DNA of 64,000 bases, from NCBI GenBank assembly GCA_964402295.1, contig CAYOBO010000001.1:99016-163015 (forward strand), given 5' to 3'. Positions 63,172 to 64,000 of the stretch are shown in pieces; position 1 is the stretch's first letter; the number at the start of each line of letters is the position of its first letter. Below the pieces are notes generated by a model. It searched no databases, was not told the origin of the DNA, and worked only from the letters and a program-made list of their open reading frames with translations. The position numbers were made by a program, and so were the translations under genes. The stretch comes from an uncultured Candidatus Solibacter sp. GTDB taxonomy: Bacteria; Acidobacteriota; Terriglobia; Bryobacterales; Bryobacteraceae.

Positions 63172-64000
63172 TCCGGCAACTCCTCCAAGGCTCGCAAGAT
63201 CAGCCCACCGATCTCGCTCGTGGACTTCGTTCCCCCGATATCGGGTGTGGCATTGCCGGCGTCCGCCATCACTCGGCTGACGGCGGCGCGAATATCATCG
63301 GCCGCCGCCGTCTGCTGCTCGCCGCCGAGCCAATCCAGCATCATCGCCGCCGACAGGATCGTCGCCACCGGGTTCGCGATTCCCTTTCCCGCAATGTCCG
63401 GCGCCGACCCATGCGAGGGCTGAAACACCGCATGCTTGGTCCCGATATCGGCCGAAGGCGCCATACCCATTCCGCCCACCAGTCCCGCACCTAGATCGCT
63501 GAGAATATCGCCGAACAGGTTCTCCATGACCAGTACATCGAAGCGATGCGGATTCTTCACCAGAAAGAGCGCCGCCGCATCGACATAGACCATGTCTGTT
63601 TGAACATCGGGAAATTCCCTGGCCACCGATTGAAAAATCGAACGGAAGAACGCCATCGTCGGAAGGACATTCGCCTTGTCCACTAGCGTGACGTGCTTGC
63701 GGCGCTTGGAGGCCAGCAGAAAGGCCTCCCGGCAGATGCGCTCCGTGGCATGCCGGGTCACCAACAGCGTGTCCCGAACCTCAGCGGCGGAAAGATCCGC
63801 GGGAATCTTACGGCTCGCAAACATGCCTTCCGTGTTCTCGCGAAAGAGCACGAAATCGATCTCCCCTTTCCGGTAACGCTTCAGTGGAGAGTGCGCTTCG
63901 TTGTAGAGGTAGATGGGCCGGACGCCGGAGAACAGATCCAGTTGCTCGCGCAGGTCGATCTGCGGGGCCATCTCCGTTCCGGAAGGCCAGCGGACGTTTG
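63168..64000 (-). CDS. isocitrate/isopropylmalate/tartrate dehydrogenase family protein, 5'-truncated by the window edge
   Basis: The frame is open through nt 64000 (…NVRWPSGTE before the tracked Met). LFSGVRPI, LFRENTEGMF, NLFGDILSDLGAGLVGGMG, and [14 protein letters not shown]. Confidence 0.85.
   Translation of the reverse strand, partial: NVRWPSGTEMAPQIDLREQLDLFSGVRPIYLYNEAHSPLKRYRKGEIDFVLFRENTEGMFASRKIPADLSAAEVRDTLLVTRHATERICREAFLLASKRRKHVTLVDKANVLPTMAFFRSIFQSVAREFPDVQTDMVYVDAAALFLVKNPHRFDVLVMENLFGDILSDLGAGLVGGMGMAPSADIGTKHAVFQPSHGSAPDIAGKGIANPVATILSAAMMLDWLGGEQQTAAADDIRAAVSRVMADAGNATPDIGGTKSTSEIGGLILRALEELPE

Noticed and set aside
1-64000. Search by eye for CRISPR repeats, tRNA/rRNA genes, transposases, integrases, and long direct or inverted repeats
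   Set aside because: No regularly spaced repeats, no T-loop/anticodon-arm-like structures in the few intergenic regions, and no ORFs resembling a transposase or integrase. The paralogous gene pairs (DUF1501, DUF1553, ASPIC, dehydrogenases) are diverged at the nucleotide level rather than recent repeats.

Overview
High-GC, almost fully coding window. The gene families point to an Acidobacteriota-type soil bacterium (Solibacter/Bryobacter-like): CarboxypepD_reg-type TonB receptor, ASPIC/UnbV proteins, and DUF1549/DUF1553 plus DUF1501 pairs. That taxonomic call is inference only. I support about 54 protein-coding genes and one intrinsic terminator. I found no rRNA, tRNA, CRISPR array, transposase or integrase. 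Layout, left to right: (1) amt, a TonB-dependent receptor, quinol-type NO reductase, recN and a split methylmalonyl-CoA mutase. (2) A minus-strand regulatory operon: a sigma-54 activator with no sensory domain, a pseudo-receiver/degenerate-GGDEF protein and a GT4 glycosyltransferase. It lies next to an EVE-domain gene and faces a Wza/Wzz/BY-kinase exopolysaccharide export operon that ends in a membrane-anchored MutS-like ATPase. (3) Sulfatase, dGTPase, a YfgM-like protein, an SDR and a BNR protein. (4) Two paralogous DUF1549/DUF1553 plus DUF1501 modules with Ig-like, WD40, PPC and NxxGxxAF-repeat partners. (5) A roughly 21-kb run of 14 same-strand genes with gaps of 19 nt or less or overlapping stop/start codons. 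It mixes icd, arginase, ddl and an S41 protease with a TPR/FG-GAP-ASPIC, pentaheme-cytochrome-TPR, ASPIC/UnbV trio, an FHA-DUF4123 fusion, a sialidase and an ABM monooxygenase. (6) A VapC toxin module behind an AT-rich spacer, a PafA-like phosphatase, DUF4920, a zinc-ribbon protein, RraA-like, VOC, bacilliredoxin and amidohydrolase genes, and a 5'-truncated isopropylmalate/tartrate dehydrogenase-family gene. The best candidates for undescribed biology are the cytochrome/ASPIC trio with the adjacent FHA-DUF4123 fusion, the DUF1501/DUF1553 modules, and the orphan sigma-54 activator with its doubly degenerate receiver-GGDEF partner. All family calls rest on reading motifs in the translations. No database search was run.
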